A stretch of DNA of 64,000 bases from Rebecca billardiae RCC1528. Lineage: Eukaryota > Protista > Haptophyta. Of the stretch, positions 43,496-55,169 are shown piece after piece. Location of the stretch: assembly GCA_965240325.2 (NCBI GenBank), contig OZ251230.1, positions 620,001 through 684,000 of the forward strand, read 5' to 3'. The notes below the pieces were generated by a model. The model ran no database searches and had not been told where the DNA came from. It saw nothing but the letters and a program-made list of their open reading frames with translations. The number at the start of each line of letters is the position of its first letter. The stretch's first letter is position 1. The position numbers and the translations under genes were made by a program.

Positions 43496-45763
43496 ATGCA
43501 CTCGCTCGCGGAGCTCGAGCAGCGGGTGCAGGCCGAGCACGCGGACGCAGTGGCCTTCCGCCGCTCCGTCGCGCAGATCTGGCGCGCCTCACGCGCGCAG
43601 CCCTCGCCGCCGCGCGCGCCCTCGCCGCCCGCCCCGCGCGCCGACGAGCGCGTGGCGTGCGCGGTCGCGCTCGGCGCGCTCCGGGAGGCGGAGGCCAACG
43701 AGGCGCGCGCGGTGCGCGCGGCGGAGTCGTGGCGCGCGAGCACGGCTGCCGAGGTGGACAAGGCTCTCGCAGCCGAGCGCCGACGCGCCGAGCTCGGCGC
43801 TGCCGAGCGCGAGCACCGCCTCGAGCAGCGGCGGCGCGCGGCACAGGAGGCGGCGGCCGCGGCGGCGCTCGAGCTCGAGGTGCGCGCGGAGGAGGCGGAG
43901 CTGGAGGCGGCGCGGCTGCGCCGGGCGAACGCCGCGGCGGAGGAGCGAGCACGCGCCGCGAGCGCTGCCGCCGATGCCGCGCGCGCCTCCGAGCAGCGCC
44001 ACGCCGCCGACGCGGAGACGCGCGCGGCGGAGGCGCGCGCGGCCGCCGCCGAGCGTGACGAGTCTCGTCGCAGGATGGCGGCGATGGACGCGGACCGGAC
44101 GGCGGCGCGCGAGGCGCTCGTCGCGGAGCGCGGCGAGGCGCGCGAGGCGCTCGACGCCGAGCGCGCGCGCGCCGACGCGCGCGAGGCCTCGGCGCGCGCG
44201 CTCGAGGCGCGCGCGGCCGCCGCCGAGCGCGCGGCTGCGCAGGCGGACGCGCGCGCGCGCGCGGAGGCGGCGCGCGCCGACGCGCTCTCGGCGGAGCGTG
44301 AGGAGGTGGGCGCGCGGCTGAGCGAGGCGGAGGCGCGCACCCGCGCGTGCACCGACTCGCGCGCCGCCGTCGGCGCGGAGACCGCCTCGCTGCGCGCGCA
44401 GCTCAGCGCGGCGCGCGACGACGCTTTGCGCGAGCGCGCGCGCGCCGCCGCGGCCGAGGCGCGCGCCGCGAGCGCAGATGAACGAAGCGAAGCGGCGGAG
44501 GCGGAGGCGAGGGCACAGCGCGGCGCGGTGGCGAGCGCGGACGCCGAGCTCGACGCCGCGCGCGCGGCCGTCGCGACGCTCGAGCAGGCGCTCGCGCGCG
44601 CGCACAGCGCCGCGCAGGCGCGCGAGGCGGAGTCGGAGCGCGCGGCGGCGGCGCGGTGCGCTTCGGCGGAGGCGGCGGCGGCGCGCACGGCCGACGCGCG
44701 GCTCGCGGCGGCACGCGCGGAGGCGGAGAGCGCGCGGCGCGCGGTGGAGGGCGAGGCTCGCGCTCTGCGCAGCCGCGCACTCGCCGAGGCCAACGCGCAC
44801 CTCGTCGCCGTGCGCGCCGAGCTGGGCAGCGCCGAGGCCGCGGCGGCCGCGGCATCGCGCCGCGCGGCCGCGGCCGAGGCGGAGGCGGCGGCCATGTCTG
44901 AGCGCGCGCTCGGTGCGGAGCGCGCGGCGGCGGCGAAGGAGGAGGCGGCGGAGGCGCTCGATCGCGAGCTGGGGCGGCTGCGCCTCGCCGCCGCCGACGC
45001 CACGCGCGCCCTCGAGCGCGAGCGCGAGCGCGCCTCGCGCGCGGAGGCGGCCGCGGCCGAGGCGCGCTCGGGTGCGCTCGCACGCGCCGCGGCCGCCGCA
45101 GCGGAGGATGGCGGCGCGCGCGAGCGAGCGGCGGGGCTGGAGCAGCGCGCGGCGGCGGCGGAGCAGGCGCGGGAGGGCGCGCTCGCGGAGCTCGGCGCGC
45201 TGCGCGCCGCACACGACGCCGACGCGCGCGCACTTCACGACCGGCTGGTCGCGGCGCGCGCAGACGCGGACGCGGCGCGCGCCGACACGGCCGCGGCGCG
45301 CGCCGACGCGGCCGCGGCCGCGCGCTCGCTCGAGCAGAGTGGCGCGCAGCACGGCGCGGCGCTGAGGGCGCTGCGCGCCGAGCTGGGCGGGCGCGAGCGC
45401 GCCGACGCCGACGCGTCCGCCACCGCGCACGCCGCGCACGCCCAGCTCGCGCGCGCGCGGCGCGAGGGCGCGTGTGTCGCTCGCTGCCTCGGCGCTGAGC
45501 TGCGCGGCGCGGAGGGCGCGGCCGCGGCCGCGGCCGCGCGCGCGGAGGCGGCGGAGGCGCAGGGCGCGGCGAGGGCCGCGCGCGCGCTGGAGGATGCGCG
45601 CGCCTCCGTCGCCGCGGTGTTCGCCAAGTGCGAGCGCGTCGACTCGCAGCTGGCGACGGCGCGCGCCGCGGCGGACGCGGCCGAGGCGCGCGCGCGCGAG
45701 GAGGCTGGCGCGCGCGCGCGCGCCGAGGCGGCGGCGGCGGACGCGGACGCGGCGGCGGAGGCG

Positions 45764-45797
<34 letters not shown>

Positions 45798-48700
45798 GCT
45801 CGGCGGCGCTCGCGCGCGCGGTGCAGAGCGCGGAGGAGCACGCGGCCGCTGCGCGCGCGCAGCTCGCGCACGCCCACGCGCGCGCGGCGGAGGCCGAGCA
45901 TGCGCGCGCCGAGGCCGAGCGCGCCGCCGCCGCGCGCGCGCAGCAGTTGCAGTGCGCACATGCTGACGGCGCGGCCTCGCTGCAGCGCGCGCTCGCCGGC
46001 GCGGCGGACGCGGAGCTGCGCGCGCGGCGCTCCGCGGCGGCGGCGGCGGCGGCGTCGGAGCGCGCGCACGCCGAGCACGCGGAGCGCGATCGCGCGGCGG
46101 CCACGTGCCTCTCCGCCGAGATCCGCAATCTCGAGCTCGAGAGATGCGACCACGCGCCCGAGATGCACAATCTGCAGCTCGAGATACGCAATCTGCAGCT
46201 CGAGATACGCAATCTGCAGCTCGAGATACGCAATCTCGAGCTGGGCGCTGCCACCGACAGCGCCGCCCTGGCGACGGAGGTGCGCGCGCTGGAGGCAGCG
46301 GTTGGGGCGCTGGCGGAAGCGCGCGCGCACGCGGAGGAGCGCGCTGCGGCCGCGGCCGCGCGCGCCGACGCGCTGCGCTCCGAGCGCGAGCGCGCGCTCC
46401 GCGCGTCCGCTGCGCACGAGTCGGGCGCACGCGCGCTCGCCGAGACCGCCGCGGGCGCGGAGCGGCGCGCGGCGGGCCTGCGGCAGCAGCTGGCGGCCGC
46501 GGCCGCGGAGGCGGAGGCGGCGCAGGCCGCGGCGAGCCAGGGCGCGTCTGACGCCGCGGCGGCGCGTGGCGAGGCGGCGGCGCTGCGTGCGGCGCTCGCG
46601 ACGGCGGAGGGCGCGGCCGCCGAGCTGCGCTCGCAGCGCGCGGCCGCGGCCGCGGCGGCGGACGCGGCGGCCGGCGAGACGCGCGCGGTGCGCGCGGACG
46701 CGCTGGCGCAGGCGCAGGAGCGCGCGGCCGCGGAGGCGCGGCTGCTGCTCGTCGCTCGGAACGAGAGCGCCGCCGCCGTGCACGCCGTGCGCGCCGCGCA
46801 CGCCGAGCGCGCCGCGCTCCACGCCGCGCTCGCCCACGCAGACGTGCAACTCGCAGCGGCGGCGCGTGCGGGCGCGGGCGCGGCGCGGCGGGGCGCGAGC
46901 GCGCGCGCCGAGCGCGACGCGGCGCGCGAGGGCGCGGCGGCGGCGGCGGCGGCGGCGGCGGAGTCGGCGGCGGCGGCGGCGGCGGAGCTGGGCGCGGCGC
47001 GGGCCCAGGCGCGCGCGGCGAGCGCCGCCGCCGAGGCGAGCTCGGCGGCGGAGGCGGCCGCGCTCGCTCGTGCCGACGCGGCCGACGCGGCCGCGGCCGA
47101 GTGCGCCACCGAGCTAGCCGAAGCGCGCGCCGCCCTCGCGCGCGCGGGCGCGGGCGCGGCCGAGGCGCGTGCGCGCGCGGCAAGCGCCGAGGAGCGCGCC
47201 GCCGAGGCGGAGGCGGGGCTCGCCCAGCGCTCGCTCGCGGCGACGCGCGAGCTGAGCGACACGCGCGCGAGCGCGGCCGCGCGCGAGGCGGGAGCTCTGC
47301 TCAAGGCGCGCGCGGCGCACCGCACACGGCTGGGCGCGTGGCGCGCGCGCGCGCTGCGCGCGGCGGTGGACGCCGCGGCCGCGCGGCACGAGGCGCAGCG
47401 GGTGGCGGACGGCGCCGCGCGCGCGGCAGCCGAGGCCGGGTCGCTCGAGGCCGCGCTCACGCGCGGCGCGGTCGCGGCGTCGCTCGCTGCAGAGGCGGCC
47501 GAGGCGGCGCGCGCCGCGCGCGCCGCCGCCGAGCCGCGCGCGCCGCGCCCTTCCGGCCCGGCCGCGCCAGCCGCGCGCGCGCAGCAGCAGCACGCGTGCG
47601 CGCAGACCGACCCGGCGGGCGCGGAGCCGCAGCTCACCTCGCCGCCCGGCGCGACCGACGCGCCGCGTGCCGCGGGCGCGCGCGGCGCGCGCACCCAGCT
47701 CACACCCAGCCCGGCGTCCGAGCTCGGCGGAGCGGCGCCGGGCGGCGCGCAGTCCGCGCAGCAGTGGCGCGCGGAGGCGGCCGGACTGGAGGCGGCGCTG
47801 GTGCAAGCGGCCGTGCGCGCGAGCGCGCAGGCGGCGAGCGACGCGGCGGCGCACGAGAAGGCGAGGCGCAGGCTCGCGCGCGCCACGGCCGCGCGCGAGG
47901 AGGCGGCCGCAGACGCGCAGGCGGCGCGCGCGGCCGTCGGCGCGCTCAGAGCCGAGCTGCGCGGCGCGCGCGAGATGCAATCTGCCAAGCTCGAGCTCAA
48001 GGCGCAGCTCTCACAGTCTGAGGAGGAGGAGGCGGAGGAGGAGGCGGAGGGGCAGGGTGCGCGGCGCGCCGATGGCGGTCGCGCCGCGGCGGCCGCGCGG
48101 CGGCGCGCGGGCGCGCGCGCCGACGCGGTCGACGCGGCGGTCGCCGCCGCCGCGGACACGCCCGCGGCCGCGCGCGCTGCGCCCGCGCGCGCGGACGGCG
48201 CGGACGGCGGCGCCGGCGCAGAGGCCGGGCAGCTGCGCGCCACACTGCGCGCGGAGCGCGCGCTCAACGCGGAGGCGCGCGCCGCGCTCGCGCGGCTCTC
48301 CGCGCAGGTGGCGGAGGTCGAGACCGAGCTGGACGCCAGCCGGCGGCGGGAGGCCGAGGCGGTGGCGGCGCTCGCGGCGGCGCGCACGCACCGGGCGGCG
48401 CCGCCGACTGGCGGCGCGGCGGCGCATGCGCGTGGGCAGGCAGCGCGCGCGCGCGCTGCGCACGCCCAGCGCTCCGGCGCCCCGGCCGAGGAGGGCGCGG
48501 CGGAGCGCGCGCGAGAGCACGCCCTCAGCGCGCGGCAACCGGAGTGGCAAGGCGCGCCGCGCGCCGCCGCGCACGGCGCGGCCGCCGCTCCCCCGCCGGC
48601 CGCCGCTGCGCGCGCCGAGGCGGAGGGAGGCGAGCCGGCCGTCACTCCTGTCACGACGCGCCGTGCTCACCCGCCCTCATGGCCGCCGCCTCCGCGCGCC

Positions 48701-48835
48701 GGCCCGGCCGCCGACCCGGACGTGCGCGCTGCCGCTGGGGCGGGCATCAGCAAGCAGCAGCGCGCCGCCGAGGACGCGCAGATCTCGCGCCTCCGCGCCG
48801 AGCTCGAGCAGCTGCGAGCCGTCGTGTGGACCTGA
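43496..48835 (+). CDS. Giant Ala/Arg/Glu-rich coiled-coil protein (1779 aa)
   Basis: Very long ORF with heptad-compatible A/E/R composition and high GC3, ending ISRLRAELEQLRAVVWT. Confidence 0.75.
46118..46243 (+). repeat. 21-bp coding repeat GAGATACGCAATCTGCAGCTC (EIRNLQL heptads)
   Basis: Four tandem copies (first diverged, last EIRNLEL) plus one separated upstream copy. Confidence 0.9.
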
Positions 48836-49093
48836 GTCCTCGCACACGGCACGCGCGACTGCGTGGAGTGTCTCTGAGCAGCCAGCTGCAATGGGCGGGG
48901 CTTAATCGCCGCGTGCCGCAGTCGCGCGCGGCGCGGCCATCAGCGCATTGTCATCAGACATTGACATCAAATGGTCCATCCAAGGGTGTCCTTGGCCCAG
49001 GTGGCCCGGGCCGGTCCGACTGGTGGCTTTTCGGAGCGAAGCCTGGCCAACTTGGCTGGCTCTCCGCCATCGCACCGCTTCACGCCGTCGGGA

Positions 49094-49912
49094 ATGGCGG
49101 ACGAGATCCACGCCGCGACGCTGGCGATCTGCGCGGGCCATCACCTGCGCGCCAAGACCAAGGCGGGAAGGAAGGCCTTCATGCGCGTGCCCGACTGGGC
49201 CTCAGGCTTCTCCGACGTCCACCTTGCAGATGAGACTGAGATGCTTGCTGCCATGGAGAACGCAGGGGAGGCGCCACTGCACGCTGCTGCGCGCGCTTCT
49301 GGCCTCGCCTTGTCACAAGTTCGCTGTCCGACCATCGAAGAGGCGCGTGGTGCATACGAAATCCAGCAAGTCGTTGCCAACAGCTGCCTCTTCTGCTGCG
49401 GATATGCCGCGTCGCGCATGCACTTTGACCCTGCGGACATCATTCCCGCCAACGAGGTCGCTGCTCACCAGGCTGGTCACGTGGCGGAGGGCGTGGCCCA
49501 GGACGCAGTGCCCGCCCACGCCCTCGGGGCGAATGCAGACATCGCCTACTACATGATATTGCGCAAGAAAAACGTCCGCTGGCGCACGAACATTGCCGCA
49601 CTGATCTCCCGCGCCATCGCCGGGCCCGTCCTCTACGTCTTCACCGTGTCCACAAACGGCGTGGTGCGCTTCCACGTGCCGCCGGAGGTGTCCAAGTCGC
49701 TCATCAAGCGCCTGGCGTACGCGTACGTGGATTCGGAGCCAGGCTGTTGCTCCACGATTCGGAACATCTCGCATGCCCTGGCCAACGGGTGCTACTGCAT
49801 CGGCGTCTTCTTCACTGCGACAGAGAGCGGAGCCCCGACGCTGATGCGCTTCAACCGGTGGACAGCGGACTTCGCGCCGTACTGGGCCGCGTCAAAGGTG
49901 CAATCGGGCTGA
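49094..49912 (+). CDS. Orphan globular-looking hypothetical protein (272 aa)
   Basis: ATG at 49094, GC3-rich codons, balanced amino-acid composition, intronless. Confidence 0.65.
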   Translation: MADEIHAATLAICAGHHLRAKTKAGRKAFMRVPDWASGFSDVHLADETEMLAAMENAGEAPLHAAARASGLALSQVRCPTIEEARGAYEIQQVVANSCLFCCGYAASRMHFDPADIIPANEVAAHQAGHVAEGVAQDAVPAHALGANADIAYYMILRKKNVRWRTNIAALISRAIAGPVLYVFTVSTNGVVRFHVPPEVSKSLIKRLAYAYVDSEPGCCSTIRNISHALANGCYCIGVFFTATESGAPTLMRFNRWTADFAPYWAASKVQSG

Positions 49913-49985
49913 CCGTCCTCCGCCTGTCGCGTCAGCGCGCGGCGGGTCGTTGGGTCCCTGCTCATCGCTGCGCTCTCATCATAGA

Positions 49986-51702
49986 TAGGGGGGCCAAACC
50001 GCCCATTTAAAAATGAAAAGCAAAGTCGCGTCGCATTTTCGCTCCGCCCTCGGCCTTTTAGGGTGGCGCGGAGCCTTTTTCTCGGACCTCGCTCGAAAAT
50101 CGAGCTCCGACGCCTTCGGGCGCTCAGAGCTCGGTTCCGCTCCAGCACGAGCGGCCGGAGGCAGTGGACCGCCGCGCGCTCGCGACCTCTGAGACGCCGA
50201 GATGGTCTCGGGTGCGCGCGCGCGTGACGCTGGTGGGCGCTACTGACCCGTGCCTTTGCGCCACCAGCGGCTCACCACCCGCTTCTTGGCCACCTCGCGC
50301 CGTGCGCGGCGCGCGTCGGCCGGCTTGAATTGGTGCGCTGCGTACGCCCGCTACGCTACCGCACGGTGTGGCGCATGATCAACTCGGACCAATGAGATCG
50401 ATGCTCGGACCAATCGTCCATGTATGTCTGTGAATGCCCAGCTCGCCTAACCTGCCCTACTGCGCCGGAATCGCCGTCAGCAGACCGGCGCGAGCTCGCG
50501 CACAGCACCTCCGCGGAGCTCGCAACTGTCATGTTCCGCTTGTAGGGCCCGTGTTTGCACCTGCCGTGGCACTTGCGATGGTCAGTACGTTGGGTATGGG
50601 TCACGTGTGCCCTCTGATGGCGTCTGGGCGCCTCCCATTCGCCTCTCAGGACGTCGCGGACGTGCTCGCAGGCAGCGGTTGGCTCATTCGACAGGTCCGA
50701 CGTGCACTCGACCGTGCCTGCAAGCGCGCCCCTGTGACGCTCATGCCTGCAGAAGCAGATGCAGATGGGCCCTCATGCACCCTGGTGCGCCCAAGACCGG
50801 CGGGAGCGTCAGAGACCGTCTCAATCTTGACACCTTGCACACGCCGGCGCTTGCCGTTGGGCTCCGCGCAGCCAGCCAGGAGCGCCGAACAGCGCCGGAT
50901 CAGCCTCTGTAGGCCGAATATCCGCCCCTAAGCCCAGAAATAGCGCGGAACAGGGTAGTGCGTACCTATGTGGACCAATCCCATCCAGCCTGGTTTGGTG
51001 CAGACACGCCAGCCACCGCCTGGAGCAGACGTTTGCTGCCGAATCGCATGCTCGGCACTGTGCCGCACTGCGACGACGACAGATTTGACCTGCCTCGTAG
51101 GTCTCGGCCAGGGAGCGGTGACGGTTGGCTCGAGTGACTTTAAACCTTGACTATGACCGAGAGCACTCCCGGGCTGAGGACGTGGGGCCGGTGCTTTGGG
51201 TCTAATATGTCTGCAATACGCCGTACGCGTGGCCGTATACACAGTCTGAAAACGTATCTCGCAGCTCGAGATCAGATGAGGCTGTATTCATCAGCATGGC
51301 GCCTATATACACAGTGGGTATGTAACGATCGGTGGCTTCTAGGAAACTACATATTTGACCGCCTGCCAGTACACAGCCTATATCGCATGTTGGGACCTGC
51401 TGCTGCTGGGGACTCAGAACGATCTCGCTGAGATGCTCTAACAAAGTGAGGTCGACATGGTCTATATGTCACATATAGGACGACCGTTACATGCCGTTTC
51501 CAATAAGTTCAGGCTCATTCTAATAAGTAAATATGCTAGCCGTTACGCCCCATATTCAGGGTATGTGCACCTGATTTTTTTACATGGCCGGCCCAGACCC
51601 CTCCAGAGGGCAAATGATCCAGCCCGAAATCAGCTCTAAACACTCGCTAGGACCCGCGCTCGTGGCCGTCAGTAATGCTACAGTGCCACTTTGGCCCCCC
51701 TA
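49986..51702. mobile_element. Non-autonomous TIR DNA transposon (hAT-like termini), ~1.7 kb
   Basis: GATAGGGGGGCCAAA (49984-49998) and TTTGGCCCCCCTATC (51690-51704) are perfect inverted repeats. ATCATAGA is directly repeated at 49978-49985 and 51702-51709. The interior is lower in GC with no long ORF. Confidence 0.85.
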
Positions 51703-52362
51703 TCATAGACGTAGTTACCGGATTCGCTGCTCACCGTGCTCGGACGACTGCGGCCGATGCCGAGCACTCATCATGCAGCAGCTGCCGATACAGATCGATG
51801 CGCGGTACCTCGATAGACATACTACTCACTTAGTAGGCTGGCGCCCGAGCGCCGCCGGCACTGCCCTGGCGGCTGACCGGCCCGCGGCCGGCCTGCGGGC
51901 CTGGGCGACCAGACTCCGGTGCCCGGCCGGCGTTCACGCAGCAGAGTGACATTCGGCGTCGCCATCGATAGATATAGCTAACAATATACGATGGGACCAT
52001 GATGCCGGACCATGCCGACCGCTTCATACTGCTGTGCGTGCTGCGCACAGCGCGTGTACACGAGCTCGACTTGGCTCGAATAATCACACCGGAGCTTGTC
52101 TAAGATGGAGCTCACGGCGCGCCTCGAGGACAACGGCTGCCCTCTCCTGAGTCCTGCCGGGGCCCTGTGTAAAACACAGCCCCCATTGTCGGGCTGCGCA
52201 GTCGCTGGCACGGCAGCACACACAACAACGAACTGCACCGCCACCCATGTGGCCATGTTGCGTGGTAGCGCGAGAGCTCACCGACGCGAGAACAGATCCC
52301 ATACTGGTAGTAGGCCCCGCGCACGCGGCGACGCAGCACAGGGCAGTCGCCACCGGAAAGGG

Positions 52363-54550
52363 CTGCTGGCGGCTGTTTCCCGGGAACAAACTTGGTCCGC
52401 CAGCAGCCCTCCCGCCCCGCCCTATCAATACTGCTTGCACCCGCCGCTGGCGGCGCTCGTGGCGAGGCCCGCTGGCAGCCCCTCTCGCGCCCGGCGACAA
52501 ATACGCCGCCCACCCGTAGCTGGCGCTTGCAGAAGGGCCGCCAGCGGCCCTCCCGCCCCGTCAAATCAATATGCTTGCACCCGCCGCTGATGGCGGCGCT
52601 CGTGGCAAGGCCCGCTGGCAGCCCCTCTCGCGCCTGGCGACAAATACGCCGCCCGCCTGCAGCTGGCGCTTGCAGAAAGGCCGCCAGCGGCCCTCCCGCC
52701 CCGTCAAATCAATATGCTTGCACCCGCCGCTGGCGGCGCTCGTGGAGTCGTGCGGCAAGGCCCGCTGGCAGCCCCTCTCGAGCCCGGCGACAAATACGCC
52801 GCCCACCCGTAGCTGGCGCTTGCAGAAAGGCCGCCAGCGGCCCTCCCGCCCCGTCAAATCAATATGCTTGCACCCGCCGCTGGCGGCGCTCGTGGAGTCG
52901 TGCGGCAAGGCCCGCTGGCAGCCCCTCTCGAGCCCGGCGACAAATACGCCGCCCCGGCCCGTAGCTGGCGCTTGCAGAAAGGCCGCCAGCGGCCCTCCCG
53001 CCCCGTCAAATCAATATGCTTGCACCCGCCGCTGGCGGCGCTCGTGGCGAGGCCCGCTGGCAGCCCCTCTCGCGCCCGGCGACAAATACGCCGTCGCCCG
53101 TAGCTGGCGCTTGCAGAAAGGCCGCCAGCGGCCCTCCCGCCCCGTCAAATCAATATGCTTGCACCCGCCGCTGGCGGCGCTCGTAGCAAGGCCCGCTGGC
53201 AGCCCCTCTCGCGCCTGGCGACAAATACGCCGCCCGCCCGTAGCTGGCCGCTTGCAGAACGGCCGCCAGCGGCCCTCCCGCCCCGTCAAATCAATATGCT
53301 TGCACCCGCCGCTGGCGGCGCTCGTGGAGTCGTGGCAAGGCCCGCTGGCAGCCCCTCTCGCGCCTGGCGACGAGGGCATACGCCGTCGGCTCGTCGCCCG
53401 TAGCTGGCGCTTGCAGAAGGGCCGGCAGCAGTGCTCAAGCAGCCCTCCCGCCCCGCCAAATCATCAGCTTGGCAGCGCGCGCGCCCGCGCGAGCCCGCGC
53501 CGCGCGAGGCCGCCCCCGAGGGCGAGGCCGGCACGGTGGCACGCGCGCGCGCGCGCGCGGACGTGTTCGGAGCTCGCCCAGTCGCACTGATTCCCCCTGG
53601 GCTGCCTCAGCGGCCGGGGCCGCGGTGGGTGGTGCGGCGGATGACGCGGTGGACGGCGCGGCCAGCGGGCGCACGGCGTGGGCCGGCGGGCGCGGCGGCG
53701 GCCCCCACCTCTGCTGCGGCGCCGCCGCACACGCCGGCGGCGCGCTCCCACGAGTGGACGCTCTGTCTGGCTCCCGTCTCTCCGCGCCGCGCGAGCCCGC
53801 GCCGCCTGCGCCCGCCGCGCGCCTTAGCGGCGGGGCCGGCGGCGGCGTGGACGAGGTAGCTGTGCAGGCGGCGGCAGTGTCGGCAGCAGCGGCGGCGCGC
53901 CCCACGGGACGAGCATGCCCTTGACCCTCAAGCCGGTGCACGCGCCACCCGCGCACGGTCGCACTCAGCGGCACCGTGCCCCGCCCGCCGCGGTGGCTGA
54001 CTCGACGTGAAACGGGGGACGGCGTAGTTGGCGTCGGCGTATTGGTTGCCCGGCGCAAGCGAGTCTGCCTGCTGCGGGCCTCGCCACAAGGCTCACACGT
54101 GCCGCCACGGCGGCGGGTGCAAACAGTATTGACGTGTTGGGGCGGGAGGGCGCTGCTGGCAGCCCTTCGACCTGCAAGCGCCATCAGCTGCTAGCTAGGC
54201 CTGGGGGCGACGGCGTATTGTCGCCAGGCGCGAGCGGGGCTGCCAGCGGGCCTCGCCACGAGCGCCGCCAGCGGCGGGTGCAAGCAGTCTTGATAGGGCG
54301 GGGCGGGAGGGCTGCCGGCGGACCAAGTTTGTTCCCGGGAAACAGCCGCCAGCAGGCGTTTGCGCGTACTATTAGCATAAGCTACAGCAGTAGCAGCAGT
54401 TATTAGTCTCAGTCGCGCGGGGAGGGCGTCTGCGGGCCCCGCCACTAACGCCGCCAGCGGCGCTTGGTTCAAGCAGTATCGAATAAGTACACTAGGGGGC
54501 GCCGGAGGGCTGCTGGCGGCCCAAGTTTGTTCCCGGGAAACAGCCGCCAC
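52363..54550. mobile_element. Foldback-like element 1: inverted arms made of a ~140-150-bp tandem array
   Basis: Left terminus CTGCTGGCGGCTGTTTCCCGGGAACAAACTTGGTCCGCC (52363) is inverted at ~54317-54355 and again at ~54515-54550. The left arm has ~7.5 units and the right arm ~2 diverged units. Confidence 0.72.
52400..53460. repeat. ~140-150-bp tandem array (..TCAAATCAATATGCTTGCACCCGCCGCTGGCGGCGCTCGTGG..), ~7.5 copies
   Basis: Marker AATATGCTTGCACC at ~52568, 52711, 52861, 53013, 53153 and 53293, with a variant at ~52427. Confidence 0.95.
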
Positions 54551-55169
54551 CAAGCCTTCGACCTGGTGGAGCTGGTGTCGGCTTTAACACGTACATGGCG
54601 GACGGGGTCCGCAGGCCGCAGGGTCAAGGATAGAGTCTCTGCTGGGGCCTTGAACATTACCATGGAGGAGAGCATAGGGCCAAGACTGGTTGCTGGCCCC
54701 CGTGCCCAACTATGGCGTGCCCAACGCGGTGACGTCCGTACAGAACTACTCACCCGACACGGGCTCGCTGCTGCCACATCATGTGTCGCCATCACGCGCG
54801 CCTGCGACGCATCACGTCTGCTGCTTCGATGAGCATCAGGTCTGCAACAGACCAAGGAGGAGCAGCTCACGCGACAGCGCTTTTGCTAGCTGACCAGGGC
54901 TATGACGGGTGTGTTGACGTCGTTGTCTCGGCATGTGTCTGCATCAGGCGGGCTTGCAGCATGCCACGACATCCCGCGGCGGCGAGTCCCCGACGAATAA
55001 ACAGGGGCGCGAATAAGTACGACTCGTCCGGTTGGCCTACGTGAATCGTGATGTGCTGCTAGCACTCGTGAGCTATCAGAGCATGCGCTTGGTGCAAAGC
55101 GTGCATGCAATGCTGCTTGCCGCCACCCAGCACACGTGCCACCTAAGGTGCGCGAGCAGGCCCAGCCAC

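Noticed and set aside
43396-48654. Several >500-aa minus-strand ORFs
   Set aside because: Antisense shadows of the GC-rich coiled-coil gene; stop codons are rare at this GC content.
50056-50064. TTTAGGG telomere motif
   Set aside because: Single occurrence, not an array.
51830-52256. Short minus-strand ORFs with a signal-peptide-like start
   Set aside because: Short, frame-broken, lying between transposons, with no recognisable motif.
52571-53590. 339-aa repetitive ORF
   Set aside because: It cycles through all frames of a variable-length tandem unit, so it is not coding.
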